Program-made: the position numbers and the translations under genes | Source: Verrucomicrobiia bacterium | GTDB lineage: Bacteria; Verrucomicrobiota; Verrucomicrobiia; Opitutales; Opitutaceae | Direction: 5' to 3' | DNA length: 64,000 nt | Assembly (NCBI GenBank): GCA_011525695.1 | Contig: WYBX01000051.1 | Span: 4,691-68,690 of the forward strand | Shown here: positions 19,821-28,899 of the stretch, piece after piece | Numbering within the stretch: position 1 is the stretch's first letter | Layout: every line of letters starts with the position of its first letter | Notes under the pieces: model-generated | The model's input: only the letters and a program-made list of their open reading frames with translations | What the model was told of the DNA's origin: nothing | Database searches by the model: none

Positions 19821-20099
19821 ATGACGATGGACCGCATGGCTCAGCCACTGCCCATCCTGTATGTGAAAAACGGCTGCCCCTGGTGCGAGGAGGCCGTGCG
19901 GTTCCTCGATGACCACGGCATTGGCTACCGGTTAAAGGAGGTCAACGGCGACTCGGCTGCTTATGCCGAAATGGAGCAGAAGTCAGGACAGTCGAAAACT
20001 CCGACGCTCGACTGGCACGGAAAGGTCCTGGCCGACTTCGGCACCGACGAACTGGTTCCGTTCCTTCGCGAGCAGAACGTGAAGCTCGAGGACAGTTAG
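19821..20099 (+). CDS. Glutaredoxin-like small thiol-disulfide protein
   Basis: The protein has a CPWC redox motif in a short thioredoxin-fold-like sequence (ILYVKNGCPWCEEAVRFLDDHGIGY...KTPTLDWHGKVLADFG). The start could be the ATG at 19821 or the one at 19836. Confidence 0.75.
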   Translation: MTMDRMAQPLPILYVKNGCPWCEEAVRFLDDHGIGYRLKEVNGDSAAYAEMEQKSGQSKTPTLDWHGKVLADFGTDELVPFLREQNVKLEDS

Positions 20100-20205
20100 C
20101 AAGCAGCCTGTCGGTCTCAGGGGAGTTCGACATGAAGTCTCGAATTTGGGGCCGACGCAACCGACATGCTGCTAATCGAAAATACCGGCGGTTTCGAGCT
20201 CCGGC

Positions 20206-21057
20206 TCATGATCTGCCGCGCAGGAAATGCTCGAACGCATCGGCAAGGTGATCGAAGGAATCGATCACGAACAACACATCCTGGAAGTGCCAGATGTCGT
20301 ACGGCTGCCGGGCGACCTTCTCAGGCTCGAAGTGACGCTTTTCCACCTTGTCGGTAAGACTGTGAAGCGTCTCCCCGTAGGAGGAAATGATGCCGTTGCC
20401 ATAGATCCGGAGCCCGCCGCGATTCGCCACCAACCCAAATTCCACCGTGAACCAGTAGATTCGCGTGATGCCTTCCTCCTCGACGGGGGTGCGGCATTCC
20501 AGCGCGGCCTGGCCGATGCGCTGGTAGAAGTCCGCGAATCGCGGGTGCATGATCATGGGGGTGTGGCCGAAGATATCATGGAAGCAGTCGGGGGCGGGGG
20601 TGTAGTCCAGCTCCGCACGACTGCGGATGTAATCGGTGCAAGGGAAGATTCGGCGTGCCAGGTGGGAGAAGAAATCATGGGCATCGAGCAGCCCGGGTGT
20701 TCGTGCAACCCGCCACCCGGTCGCCGCCTCGAGCCGGCGGCTGACGTCCGCCAGGGCGGGAATCCGATCTTGCTCCAACTCGAGCGCCTGAAGCCCGCTG
20801 AGGAACTCGTCCGCCGCCCGGCCCGGGAGGAGAGCGGCCTGCCGCGCGTAGAGTTCCCGCCAGACCGCGTGTTCGGCGTCCGTGTATCCCGGCTGGGTAA
20901 TTTCGTCGCCGATCGGAATGGGTCCGTTCAGCCTGATCGGAACGCAGCGTGGGTCGGTGGTGCCATCCATGGTGGCAGCAGTGGCTGCGGGATCGGTGGA
21001 GGCAGGGGATGCAGGAGTGGGGGAAGCCATGGCAGTGGGGTTAGACCGCATGCTCAT
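20206..21057 (-). CDS. phhA: Phenylalanine 4-hydroxylase (aromatic amino acid hydroxylase)
   Basis: Motifs of the family are present: PDCFHDIFGHTPM (iron-ligand histidines), FYQRIG and IYWFTVEFGL. The N-terminus is Pro/Ala/Thr-rich and has several possible ATGs (21057, 21051, 21030). Confidence 0.85.
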   Translation of the reverse strand: MSMRSNPTAMASPTPASPASTDPAATAATMDGTTDPRCVPIRLNGPIPIGDEITQPGYTDAEHAVWRELYARQAALLPGRAADEFLSGLQALELEQDRIPALADVSRRLEAATGWRVARTPGLLDAHDFFSHLARRIFPCTDYIRSRAELDYTPAPDCFHDIFGHTPMIMHPRFADFYQRIGQAALECRTPVEEEGITRIYWFTVEFGLVANRGGLRIYGNGIISSYGETLHSLTDKVEKRHFEPEKVARQPYDIWHFQDVLFVIDSFDHLADAFEHFLRGRS

Positions 21058-21172
21058 GGAAAAGGTAACGCCGCGGCGGGCCCCGAACCATACGTCGAAA
21101 GGACTAAACTGGAAATTCGCATCGCGGCTGCCGCCACGAAGGAATCGTGCTCATGGTTCGTAATCGAGGGAG

Positions 21173-21208
21173 AACGAGCACGAGCAAGAGCACGATTACG
21201 AGTACGAG
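21173..21208. repeat. Six tandem hexamers (ACGAG-type)
   Basis: The six units read AACGAG CACGAG CAAGAG CACGAT TACGAG TACGAG. They sit between the stop of the LuxR-type gene and the start of phhA. Confidence 0.6.
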
Positions 21209-21227
21209 GACAACAACCGACGGGCTG

Positions 21228-22427
21228 CTACCGGTTCAGCAGCGCGGCCACCCGCGCCCGGCTGCGGACCTCCAGCTTGGCGAAGATCGCGGCCAGCTGC
21301 GTCTTGATGGTGAGCGGGCTCCGGCGCAGTTCAGAGGCGATTTCCATGGTTCGTAGTCCCTCGCGCACGCGCATCGCGACCTCGCGTTCGCGGGCGCTGA
21401 GCCGGGCCAGCAAAGCCACCGCGCCGGGCGACAAGGGCCGGTTGCGATCGCCCCGCGGCCGGCGATAGTCGAGTTGCACCTGAAAGGCGGGCTGGAGAAC
21501 CGGATTCCCCTCGACCGGCCGGAGCGCGATGTTCGCATGGACCCCCAGCGTGAGGTCGCTCAGCACCCGTGAGCGGACGGCGGGGAGGCGCACTTCGTTC
21601 GCGGCTTTCTGCCATTGCGCCCGCATTTCGGCGCAGGCGGCCGCAAGCGGTGCGGGGACCTGGAAGCTGCCGTGGGGGTCGAGGGCGGCCGCGCGCCGCT
21701 CGCCATGGTTCCATACGGCGCAGGCATGCGCGCCCTCGCCATTGCACCACAACGGCCGGAGTTCCCAGTCCAGCAGCAGGAGTCCGACGGGAACTTCCTC
21801 GAGCATCGCGGCAAACTGCTCCCCGCGAAACATTGCCTCCTCATGGGCCAGCACGCGCAGGAGTGCGGTTTGGAAGTGCAATTGCAGGGTCTCGGCCAGC
21901 CGCATTTCCCGGACGGTGAAGTCGGGCTGATCCGCGGGCCGGTTGAAATTAAGCGTGCCCAAGACCGTGCGTCCGCGCCAGGCGACGACGCCAAGTTGCT
22001 TCTCCCAGTCTTCGCGGCGCATCACCCGTTCATGAAAGGTCGTGCCGCGCAGATCGCGCAGCGAGACGATGTCCGACAATCGGAACGCCACGGTGCCCCC
22101 GTGCAGCCCGAGCCAACCGCGGGCGGGATGATCGCGGCGCCATTCCGGCGGCGTGTGTGGGAGCCCATGCCGGTAGATCCGCCGTGGCACCCCCTTTTCG
22201 CCGGGCTCGATCTCGAGCGTCAGCGAAGCATGGGGGATGGCATCCCGGGCCAGCCCGCGCAGCCCCTGCCAGAGCCGGCGCTGGTCGAGCGCGGCATGCA
22301 CGCGCAGCAGCCCGCTGGCAAGCGGCAGCGGGGTGCCGTCAAGTACTGGCAGCGCTGCCAGGATCGTGGACGGGCGCGGGGCGGGGGACACGCCCGGCAC
22401 TAAGGCGGAACGGCGGGCCGGCGGCAA
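21228..22427 (-). CDS. LuxR-family transcriptional regulator with a large N-terminal sensor-like region
   Basis: The C-terminal HTH reads LSAREREVAMRVREGLRTMEIASELRRSPLTIKTQLAAIFAKLEV. I could not assign the N-terminal ~330 aa to any family. The ORF opens with a TTG, so the start is uncertain. Confidence 0.75.
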   Translation of the reverse strand: MPPARRSALVPGVSPAPRPSTILAALPVLDGTPLPLASGLLRVHAALDQRRLWQGLRGLARDAIPHASLTLEIEPGEKGVPRRIYRHGLPHTPPEWRRDHPARGWLGLHGGTVAFRLSDIVSLRDLRGTTFHERVMRREDWEKQLGVVAWRGRTVLGTLNFNRPADQPDFTVREMRLAETLQLHFQTALLRVLAHEEAMFRGEQFAAMLEEVPVGLLLLDWELRPLWCNGEGAHACAVWNHGERRAAALDPHGSFQVPAPLAAACAEMRAQWQKAANEVRLPAVRSRVLSDLTLGVHANIALRPVEGNPVLQPAFQVQLDYRRPRGDRNRPLSPGAVALLARLSAREREVAMRVREGLRTMEIASELRRSPLTIKTQLAAIFAKLEVRSRARVAALLNR

Positions 22428-22535
22428 CCCGACTTTGTTTTGGATTCACTCTTTTGGCGTATGGAAAATACCGCCGGCGGCACCTACATTCACCGCACCC
22501 CGCCGCGTCCCCGACGCGGTTCATTCCTTCCCACC

Positions 22536-23648
22536 ATGGCGACGACGTTTTTCGAAACCCACGCGGATCGCAGGGCGCAGGCAAATCCGCTCGGCATCAA
22601 GGGCATTGATCACATCGAGTTCATCGTCGACGACGCCGACCAGTGGCGGGACTACTTCGTGAACCGGTTCGGGATGGCCTGCCGGTTCTACGCGGACGAA
22701 GCCACCGGGGTGCGGGGCCGCCGGGTGCACGTCGTGGGTCAGGGGCGGATCAATTTTGTCGTGGCCGAGCCGCGGGGCAGCGGGCCGGAGGCGGATTTTC
22801 TGCGCTGGCATCTCGATCAGCATGGCAACGGGGTCCGGGACGTGGCCTTTCGGGTGAAGGATGCCCGCCATGCACTCGAGGAGGCTGCCCGCCGTGGCGC
22901 CCGGATCGTGCGCGGCCCGGACTCCCACGAGACGTTTAACGCCGGATCGATCGCCGCCTACGGCGATACGATCCATACCTTTCTAGAGCGAAAACCACAC
23001 ACTGACTTCGCTCCTGGCTACAAACCTGTCCCCGGTTCCTTTGAGGACGGGGACATCCATTTCGCAATGATCGACCATGTGGTGGCCAACGTGGAGCACA
23101 TGGAAGAATGGGTGAAGTACTACGAGCAGGTCTTTGGCTTCGATCTGTTCATGCACTTCGACATCAACACCGGCCGGAGCGCGCTGATGTCAAAGGTCGT
23201 CAGCTCGACCGATGGCTGGGTGAAGCTGCCGATCAACGAGCCCTCGTCGCAGAACTCGCAAATCCAGGAGTTCCTCGACCGCTACCAGGGGCCCGGGGTG
23301 CAGCACATCGCCCTGCTCACGCCCGACATTGTCACCACAGTCGCGGAGATGCGACGGATGGGGCAGGAGTTCCTCGACGTGCCCGAAAGCTATTACGATG
23401 CGGAGTTCGACCAGCGGGTCGGGGAAATTGACGAGGACAAGGCGGAATTGAGGCGGCTCAAGATCCTCGTGGACCGTGATCACGACGGGTACCTGCTGCA
23501 GCTCTTCACCAAGTGCGTGTTTGCCCGGCCGACGCTCTTCTTCGAGGTGATTCAGCGGCGCGGCCGCGCCCTGGGCTTTGGCGAAGGCAATTTCCGCGCG
23601 CTTTTCGAGGCGATCGAACGCGAGCAGGCCAGGCGGGGCTCGTTGTGA
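22536..23648 (+). CDS. hppD: 4-hydroxyphenylpyruvate dioxygenase
   Basis: The protein has two VOC-like halves and the motifs GIDHIEF, GVQHIAL, LLQLFT and FFEVIQRRG..GFGEGNFRALFEAIEREQ. The ATG at 22536 (MATTFFETH) fits the family length; the track ORF starts earlier, at 22440. Confidence 0.9.
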   Translation: MATTFFETHADRRAQANPLGIKGIDHIEFIVDDADQWRDYFVNRFGMACRFYADEATGVRGRRVHVVGQGRINFVVAEPRGSGPEADFLRWHLDQHGNGVRDVAFRVKDARHALEEAARRGARIVRGPDSHETFNAGSIAAYGDTIHTFLERKPHTDFAPGYKPVPGSFEDGDIHFAMIDHVVANVEHMEEWVKYYEQVFGFDLFMHFDINTGRSALMSKVVSSTDGWVKLPINEPSSQNSQIQEFLDRYQGPGVQHIALLTPDIVTTVAEMRRMGQEFLDVPESYYDAEFDQRVGEIDEDKAELRRLKILVDRDHDGYLLQLFTKCVFARPTLFFEVIQRRGRALGFGEGNFRALFEAIEREQARRGSL

Positions 23649-23675
23649 GCGAACCGCCGGCCGCAATCGCCACCC

Positions 23676-24863
23676 ATGCCGCATTACCTGAAGCTTGGCC
23701 GGATTCCGCCGAAGCACCATGTGCAGTTCCCGCGTGATCGCGCGGCGAGTTACCACGGCGAGGGATTGCATTATGAGCACGTGATCACGACCGACGGCTT
23801 CGATCGCGCCTATACCATCATGTATCATCTCCGGCCGCCGACACGCGTGAAGTCGATCGAGCCGGCCGGGCAGTGGGAACCGAAACGCGCCGGCGGAACG
23901 CCGCTCCGGCACCACCATATCCGGACGGCGGCAATGCCGCGGGCGGGGGATCCGTACACCGGTCGCGTGCCCTATCTGTTCAATCGCGAGATGACAGCCT
24001 GGCGGTGCCGGCCGGCGCGGGCCGATGCGGACTTCGACTTTTTTCGCAACGGAGGGGCGGATGAAATCATCTTTGTCTGGCGCGGGGGTGGGTGGCTGGA
24101 GAGCAATTTCGGGCGGCTGCGCTACCGGGCGGAAGACTACATCGTCATCCCCCGCGGGACGATCTACCGGCTCGTGCCGGACGATGTCTCCCAGGAGGAT
24201 TACCTCGTGCTCGAGTCCGCCTTTCCGGTGCGGATCCCATCACGCTACCTGAATCCGGAAGGCCAGATCCGGATGGGCGCTCCCTACAGCGAGCGCGACT
24301 TCCATGGCCCGTCCGAACTCGAGCCGGTCGATCGCGACCAGCCGCATACGCTTCTGGTCAAGGACGGCGCCCGGCTCACCCGGATGGTGCTCGCCCACCA
24401 CCCCTGCGATGTCGTCGGGTGGGATGGATTCATTTATCCGTACACCTTCAACGCGGCGGATTTCGAGCCGATCACCGGGACGGTGCACCTGCCACCGCCG
24501 ATCCACCAGACCTTCGAAATCCGCGGCTATGTCGTGTGCACCTTTGCCCCGCGCCATCTCGATCATCATCCGCAGGCCGTGCGCGTCCCCTGGGCGCACG
24601 ACAACACGGAGGCCGACGAGGTGCTCTTCTATGTCCGCGGCAACTTCGGATCCCGAAAGGGGGTCGAGCCGGGCTCGTTCACGCTGCATCCGCGGGGCAT
24701 CCCACACGGACCCCATCCCGGAACCACGCTGCCGAGCCTGCAGGCCGAGCGGACCGAGGAACTGGCGGTCATGTTCGACACGCAGAACTCGCTCGAATTG
24801 ACCGCCGAGGCGCTGGCGGCGGACGATGCGAAATACCCGCTGAGCTGGCTGGGCGAAACCTAG
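23676..24863 (+). CDS. hmgA: Homogentisate 1,2-dioxygenase (short bacterial type)
   Basis: The N-terminus YLKLGRIPPKHHVQF and a cupin-like core with HPRGIPHGPHPG are present. The gene lies 27 nt downstream of hppD on the same strand. Confidence 0.8.
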   Translation: MPHYLKLGRIPPKHHVQFPRDRAASYHGEGLHYEHVITTDGFDRAYTIMYHLRPPTRVKSIEPAGQWEPKRAGGTPLRHHHIRTAAMPRAGDPYTGRVPYLFNREMTAWRCRPARADADFDFFRNGGADEIIFVWRGGGWLESNFGRLRYRAEDYIVIPRGTIYRLVPDDVSQEDYLVLESAFPVRIPSRYLNPEGQIRMGAPYSERDFHGPSELEPVDRDQPHTLLVKDGARLTRMVLAHHPCDVVGWDGFIYPYTFNAADFEPITGTVHLPPPIHQTFEIRGYVVCTFAPRHLDHHPQAVRVPWAHDNTEADEVLFYVRGNFGSRKGVEPGSFTLHPRGIPHGPHPGTTLPSLQAERTEELAVMFDTQNSLELTAEALAADDAKYPLSWLGET

Positions 24864-24958
24864 CCGGGAAATTCCATGAGCCGCGGAAGTTGACCCCGAT
24901 CTGTCCCGCCCGCTTTCCGGCTCGCCGCGCTCCCTTCATTTACCGCACTTTCCCGTTC

Positions 24959-25579
24959 ATGCTGCTCGATTTCTCGACGCTCAAACCCCGCGATGCCTAC
25001 GGCTGGATGATTGCCACGATCATGCCGCGGCCGATCGCCTGGGTTTCGACCATTTCGCTCGAAGGTCGGACCAACCTGGCGCCGTTCTCGTTCTTCCAGG
25101 GAGTAACCTCCAATCCGCCTACGCTGATGTTTGTCCCGGTCAATTCCCGTGACGGCGTGAAGAAGGACACGATCCGCAACATTGAGCAGGTGCCCGAATT
25201 TGTGGTGAGCCTCGTGACGCATGGCCAGGCGGAGCCAATGAACCAGACCTCGGCGTTGTTGCCGTACGGCGAAAGCGAGTTCGAGAAATTCGCAGTGGCA
25301 TCACTGCCGAGCGAACGGATCCGGCCGCCACGCGTGGCCGGTGCGCCGGTGGCATTTGAGTGCACGCTCGACCGGATCGTGCAGATTGGCGAGGGGCCCC
25401 TGGCCGCCAATGTCGTGTTTGGACGCATCCTGCTCGCGCATGTCAGCGATGCCGTCCTGGGGCCGGACGGCCGGCCGGATCCCGGTAAACTGGATCTGAT
25501 TGGCCGGATGGGAGGGGAAACGTTCACGCGGACGACGGAGCGATTCGACCTCGCGCGCCCGGATTTTCGCCGCGGCTGA
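24959..25579 (+). CDS. Flavin reductase-like (FMN-binding split-barrel) protein
   Basis: The family signature MPRPIAWVSTISLEGRTNLAPFSFFQGV is present. Only the last 206 aa of track ORF 24092..25579 are used; its upstream part overlaps hmgA out of frame. Confidence 0.8.
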   Translation: MLLDFSTLKPRDAYGWMIATIMPRPIAWVSTISLEGRTNLAPFSFFQGVTSNPPTLMFVPVNSRDGVKKDTIRNIEQVPEFVVSLVTHGQAEPMNQTSALLPYGESEFEKFAVASLPSERIRPPRVAGAPVAFECTLDRIVQIGEGPLAANVVFGRILLAHVSDAVLGPDGRPDPGKLDLIGRMGGETFTRTTERFDLARPDFRRG

Positions 25580-25637
25580 CCGGTGATTCATCCATGTATC
25601 CAAATGCCGGCTATTGGATGCGACGAGGGAGGTCTCG

Positions 25638-26816
25638 ATGAGTGACATCGTCATCCTCTCGGCCACGCGAACGCCGCTCGGCTCGTTTCAAGGCGCGCTG
25701 GCAACGGTGCCCGCGACCCGGCTGGGGGCGACGGCAATCCGGGCGGCGGTCGATCAGGCGGGTTTGGCGGTGACGGACGTCACGGATGTCCTCATGGGTC
25801 AGGTGATCCAGGCGGGAGCGGGCCAGGCTCCTGCGCGGCAGGCGGCACTCCATGCGGGGCTGCCCGCGTCGGTGCGCTGCACCACCGTTCACAAGGTGTG
25901 CGGCAGCGGGCTGGAGTCGGTCAGGATCGGGGCTCGCGCGCTGGTGAGCGGTGAGGCCACCTGGGTGGTGGCAGGCGGGATGGAGAACATGAGTGCGGCG
26001 CCCTACCTGCTGCCGAAGGCGCGCGAAGGGTACCGGCTTGGACACCAGCAGGTGGTTGATGCGATGATTCACGACGGACTGTGGGATCCCTACAGCAACC
26101 TGCACATGGGGAGTTGTGCCGAACAGTGTGCCCGGAAATATCATTTCACGCGGGAGCAACAGGATGCTTATGCGATCGAAAGCTTCCGCCGTGCCCAGCG
26201 GGCGCAGCAGGATGGGCGCTTTGCCGCTGAAATCACGCCGGTCGAGGTCAGGGACGCAAAAGGCCGGACCAGCCGCGTCGAACAGGACGAAGGCCCGGGA
26301 AAGGCGAACTTCGAACGGATGCCAGGGCTCCGGCCGGCCTTTGAGCCTGATGGCACCATCACCGCGGCCAATGCCTCGACCTTGAATGACGGGGCTGCGG
26401 CAATGGTCCTGGCGCGGGCTGATACCGCCCGGGGGCGCGATTTGAAACCACTGGCCCGGATTGTCGCATTCGGGTCGCATGCCCAGGAGCCGGGCTGGTT
26501 CACGACCGCGCCGGTGCCAGCCGCGCGGGAAGCGTTGCAGCGCGCAGGGTGGCAGGTGGGAGAGGTCGATCTTTGGGAGGTGAACGAGGCCTTCGCGGTG
26601 GTGCCCCTCGCATTCATCCAGGAACTGGGGTTGCCGCCTGAGCGGGTCAACGTTCGAGGAGGGGCGATTGCGCTGGGCCATCCGATCGGCTGCAGCGGCG
26701 CCCGAATCATCGTGACCCTGCTGGCGGCGCTGCGTGAGCAGGGGGCGAGACGGGGGCTGGGTGCAATTTGCATTGGGGGCGGCGAGGCACTGGCAGTCGC
26801 GGTGGAACTGCTTTGA
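25638..26816 (+). CDS. Acetyl-CoA C-acetyltransferase (thiolase II)
   Basis: Thiolase motifs are present: VHKVCGSGL (active-site Cys), NEAFAVV, GGAIALGHPIGCSGARI and CIGGGEA. A GGGAGG sequence sits 7 nt upstream of the ATG at 25638. Confidence 0.9.
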   Translation: MSDIVILSATRTPLGSFQGALATVPATRLGATAIRAAVDQAGLAVTDVTDVLMGQVIQAGAGQAPARQAALHAGLPASVRCTTVHKVCGSGLESVRIGARALVSGEATWVVAGGMENMSAAPYLLPKAREGYRLGHQQVVDAMIHDGLWDPYSNLHMGSCAEQCARKYHFTREQQDAYAIESFRRAQRAQQDGRFAAEITPVEVRDAKGRTSRVEQDEGPGKANFERMPGLRPAFEPDGTITAANASTLNDGAAAMVLARADTARGRDLKPLARIVAFGSHAQEPGWFTTAPVPAAREALQRAGWQVGEVDLWEVNEAFAVVPLAFIQELGLPPERVNVRGGAIALGHPIGCSGARIIVTLLAALREQGARRGLGAICIGGGEALAVAVELL

Positions 26817-26850
26817 GCGGAAGGCGACCAAGGAACAGGACGCGTCCTCA

Positions 26851-28899
26851 ATGCCCCCTGAAGCGATCGCCATGCACCTTGCGGATGCTCCCAGCTCGAA
26901 CCAGATCCTCTGGCATCCTGACGATCATGCATGGCCCCGCGATTCCCACCTCGCCCGTTTCATGCGCCAGCACGGATTCCGTTCCCTGGCGGAACTTCGC
27001 GCCGAATCGGTCCGTGACACCGCCTGGTTCTGGGACGTTGCACTGCGCGACATGGGAATCGAATGGTCGCGGCGCTACACGCGGGTGCGCGATGACTCGG
27101 GCGGATTCCCGTGGACCGCGTGGTTTACCGGCGGCCAGGTCAACGTGACCCACAACTGCCTCTACCGGCATGTCCGCGACGGGCACGGCGCTGAGATCGC
27201 GCTGTATTGTGAAACCGACTCGGGCCGGCCGGAGGAGGCGCGCCCGGTGACGTTTGCGGAGCTCTCGGATGCGGTGACGCAATGCGCCAGCGCGCTGCGT
27301 GCGGCAGGGGTGCAGCGTGGCGACAGCGTTGCACTTTATGCGCCGATGCAGGCCCAGACGGTAATCGTGATGCTGGCGGCGATGAAGATTGGGGCCAGGT
27401 TCGTTCCGATCTTCTGCGGCTATGGCGAGGAGGCGCTGCGCGAGCGGCTGGCGGGATGTGCCGCCCGGATCCTGTTTGCCCGCGACACGCTCAATCGCCG
27501 CGGGCAGCAACTGCCGACCGGCCGGACAGCGCGCGCGGCGGCGGCCCGGGTGCCCGGGCTCGACCGCGTCGTTGCGCTGGACACCGGGGAATGGCAGGGA
27601 TTCCTGGATACGGGTTGCTGCATCCTGCCGCACGACCGGGCCCCCGCGCGGGACCGGATCCCGACGTTCTGCGGCGAGCGCACCGAGGCGGAGGAGCCCT
27701 GCCTGATCCTCTACACCAGCGGCACGACCGGGCGCCCGAAGGGCACGATTCATACCCATGCCGGGTGCCTGGCGCAGATGGGCAAGGAACTGCGTTATGC
27801 GTTCGATGTGCGACCGGGGGAGCCCTTTTTCTGGCTGACCGACATCGGCTGGATGATGGGGCCATGGGAAATCATCGGCTGCCTCATGTATCGGACGCCG
27901 GTCGTGCTGCTCGACGGCGCCCCGAACTTTCCCGACAGCGACCGCATCTGGCAGATTTGTGAACGGCTCGGCGTCGTCACGCTCGGGTGCTCGCCCACGC
28001 TGGTGCGGCAGCTCCGGCGGGCGCAGGACGGCCGCGGCCCGGGGGGATACGACTTGTCGCGGCTGCGGGTGCTGGGCTCGACCGGGGAGGTGTGGGACGA
28101 GCCCAGTTATCGCTGGTTTTTCGAACAGGTTGGAGGCGGCCGCTGCCCGATCATGAACATTTCCGGCGGCACCGAAATTGTCGGCTGCCATCTGCAGCCC
28201 TATTCCCTGGACCCGCTCAAGCCATGTTCGCTCGGGGGGGCCGCGCTCGGCATGGATGTCGATGTCTTCACCGATGAAGGCCAGCCGGCAGCGCGCGGCA
28301 CGATGGGGCATCTGGTCTGCAAGCAGCCGGCGCCTTCGATGACCAAGGGATTCCTGGCGGAGAACGAGCGTTATCTTGAAACCTATTTTGCCCGGTTTCC
28401 CGGCGTCTGGTATCACGGTGACTGGGCGAAGGTGGACGAGGACGGGCAGTGGTTTCTCTTCGGTCGCACGGATGATACGTTCAAGGTCGCCGGCAAGCGG
28501 GTGGGGCCGGGCGAGGTCGAAGGTGCATTGGCTTCACATCCGGCAGTCAGTGAGGCGGCCGTCATCGGCGTGCCGGATGAGGTGAAGGGCACCGCGCTGG
28601 TGGGTTTCGTGGTCCTGAAGCCGAAAGTGACGAGCGACGGCGGGCATGGCGAGGACGGGGTGCCGATGACGCCCAGCGCGGAGGAACTAATTGCACACGT
28701 GGCCGGCCGGCTCGGAAAGCCACTGGCCCCGCGGGAAGTCCTGAAGGTCGGGGCCCTGCCCAAGACCCGCAGTGGAAAAATCGTGCGCGGGATGATGACC
28801 CGGGCGTATCTGGGCGAACCGGCTGGCGATCGTTCAAGTGTAGACAACCCGTCGGCCCTCGATGCAATCGTCGCGCGGGGGCGGCCACAACCTGCATGA
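26851..28899 (+). CDS. AMP-forming acyl-CoA synthetase (acetyl-/acetoacetyl-CoA synthetase-like)
   Basis: The AMP-binding motif LYTSGTTGRPKG and the C-terminal KTRSGKIVR are present, on an ACS-like N-terminal region. Substrate cannot be decided from the sequence. The start is uncertain (26851 or 26872). Confidence 0.8.
   Translation: MPPEAIAMHLADAPSSNQILWHPDDHAWPRDSHLARFMRQHGFRSLAELRAESVRDTAWFWDVALRDMGIEWSRRYTRVRDDSGGFPWTAWFTGGQVNVTHNCLYRHVRDGHGAEIALYCETDSGRPEEARPVTFAELSDAVTQCASALRAAGVQRGDSVALYAPMQAQTVIVMLAAMKIGARFVPIFCGYGEEALRERLAGCAARILFARDTLNRRGQQLPTGRTARAAAARVPGLDRVVALDTGEWQGFLDTGCCILPHDRAPARDRIPTFCGERTEAEEPCLILYTSGTTGRPKGTIHTHAGCLAQMGKELRYAFDVRPGEPFFWLTDIGWMMGPWEIIGCLMYRTPVVLLDGAPNFPDSDRIWQICERLGVVTLGCSPTLVRQLRRAQDGRGPGGYDLSRLRVLGSTGEVWDEPSYRWFFEQVGGGRCPIMNISGGTEIVGCHLQPYSLDPLKPCSLGGAALGMDVDVFTDEGQPAARGTMGHLVCKQPAPSMTKGFLAENERYLETYFARFPGVWYHGDWAKVDEDGQWFLFGRTDDTFKVAGKRVGPGEVEGALASHPAVSEAAVIGVPDEVKGTALVGFVVLKPKVTSDGGHGEDGVPMTPSAEELIAHVAGRLGKPLAPREVLKVGALPKTRSGKIVRGMMTRAYLGEPAGDRSSVDNPSALDAIVARGRPQPA

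Noticed and set aside
19067-19837. A 257-aa N-terminal extension of the galM ORF (track ORF 18008..19837, 609 aa)
   Set aside because: Mutarotase homology begins at MTTFGTVP (ATG at 19066). The upstream part is Arg/Gly/Pro-rich, overlaps the DUF2934 gene on the other strand, and would make an implausible 609-aa mutarotase.
21083-21133. A small ORF (MSTIPSWRQPRCEFPV) upstream of phhA, considered as a possible attenuation leader peptide
   Set aside because: It has a single Phe, no Tyr and no aromatic-residue run. I saw no alternative terminator/antiterminator hairpins around it.
24092-24958. The upstream 289 aa of track ORF 24092..25579 (495 aa)
   Set aside because: This part overlaps hmgA in another frame and has junk composition. 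Only the last 206 aa, from the ATG at 24959, match the flavin-reductase fold signature.
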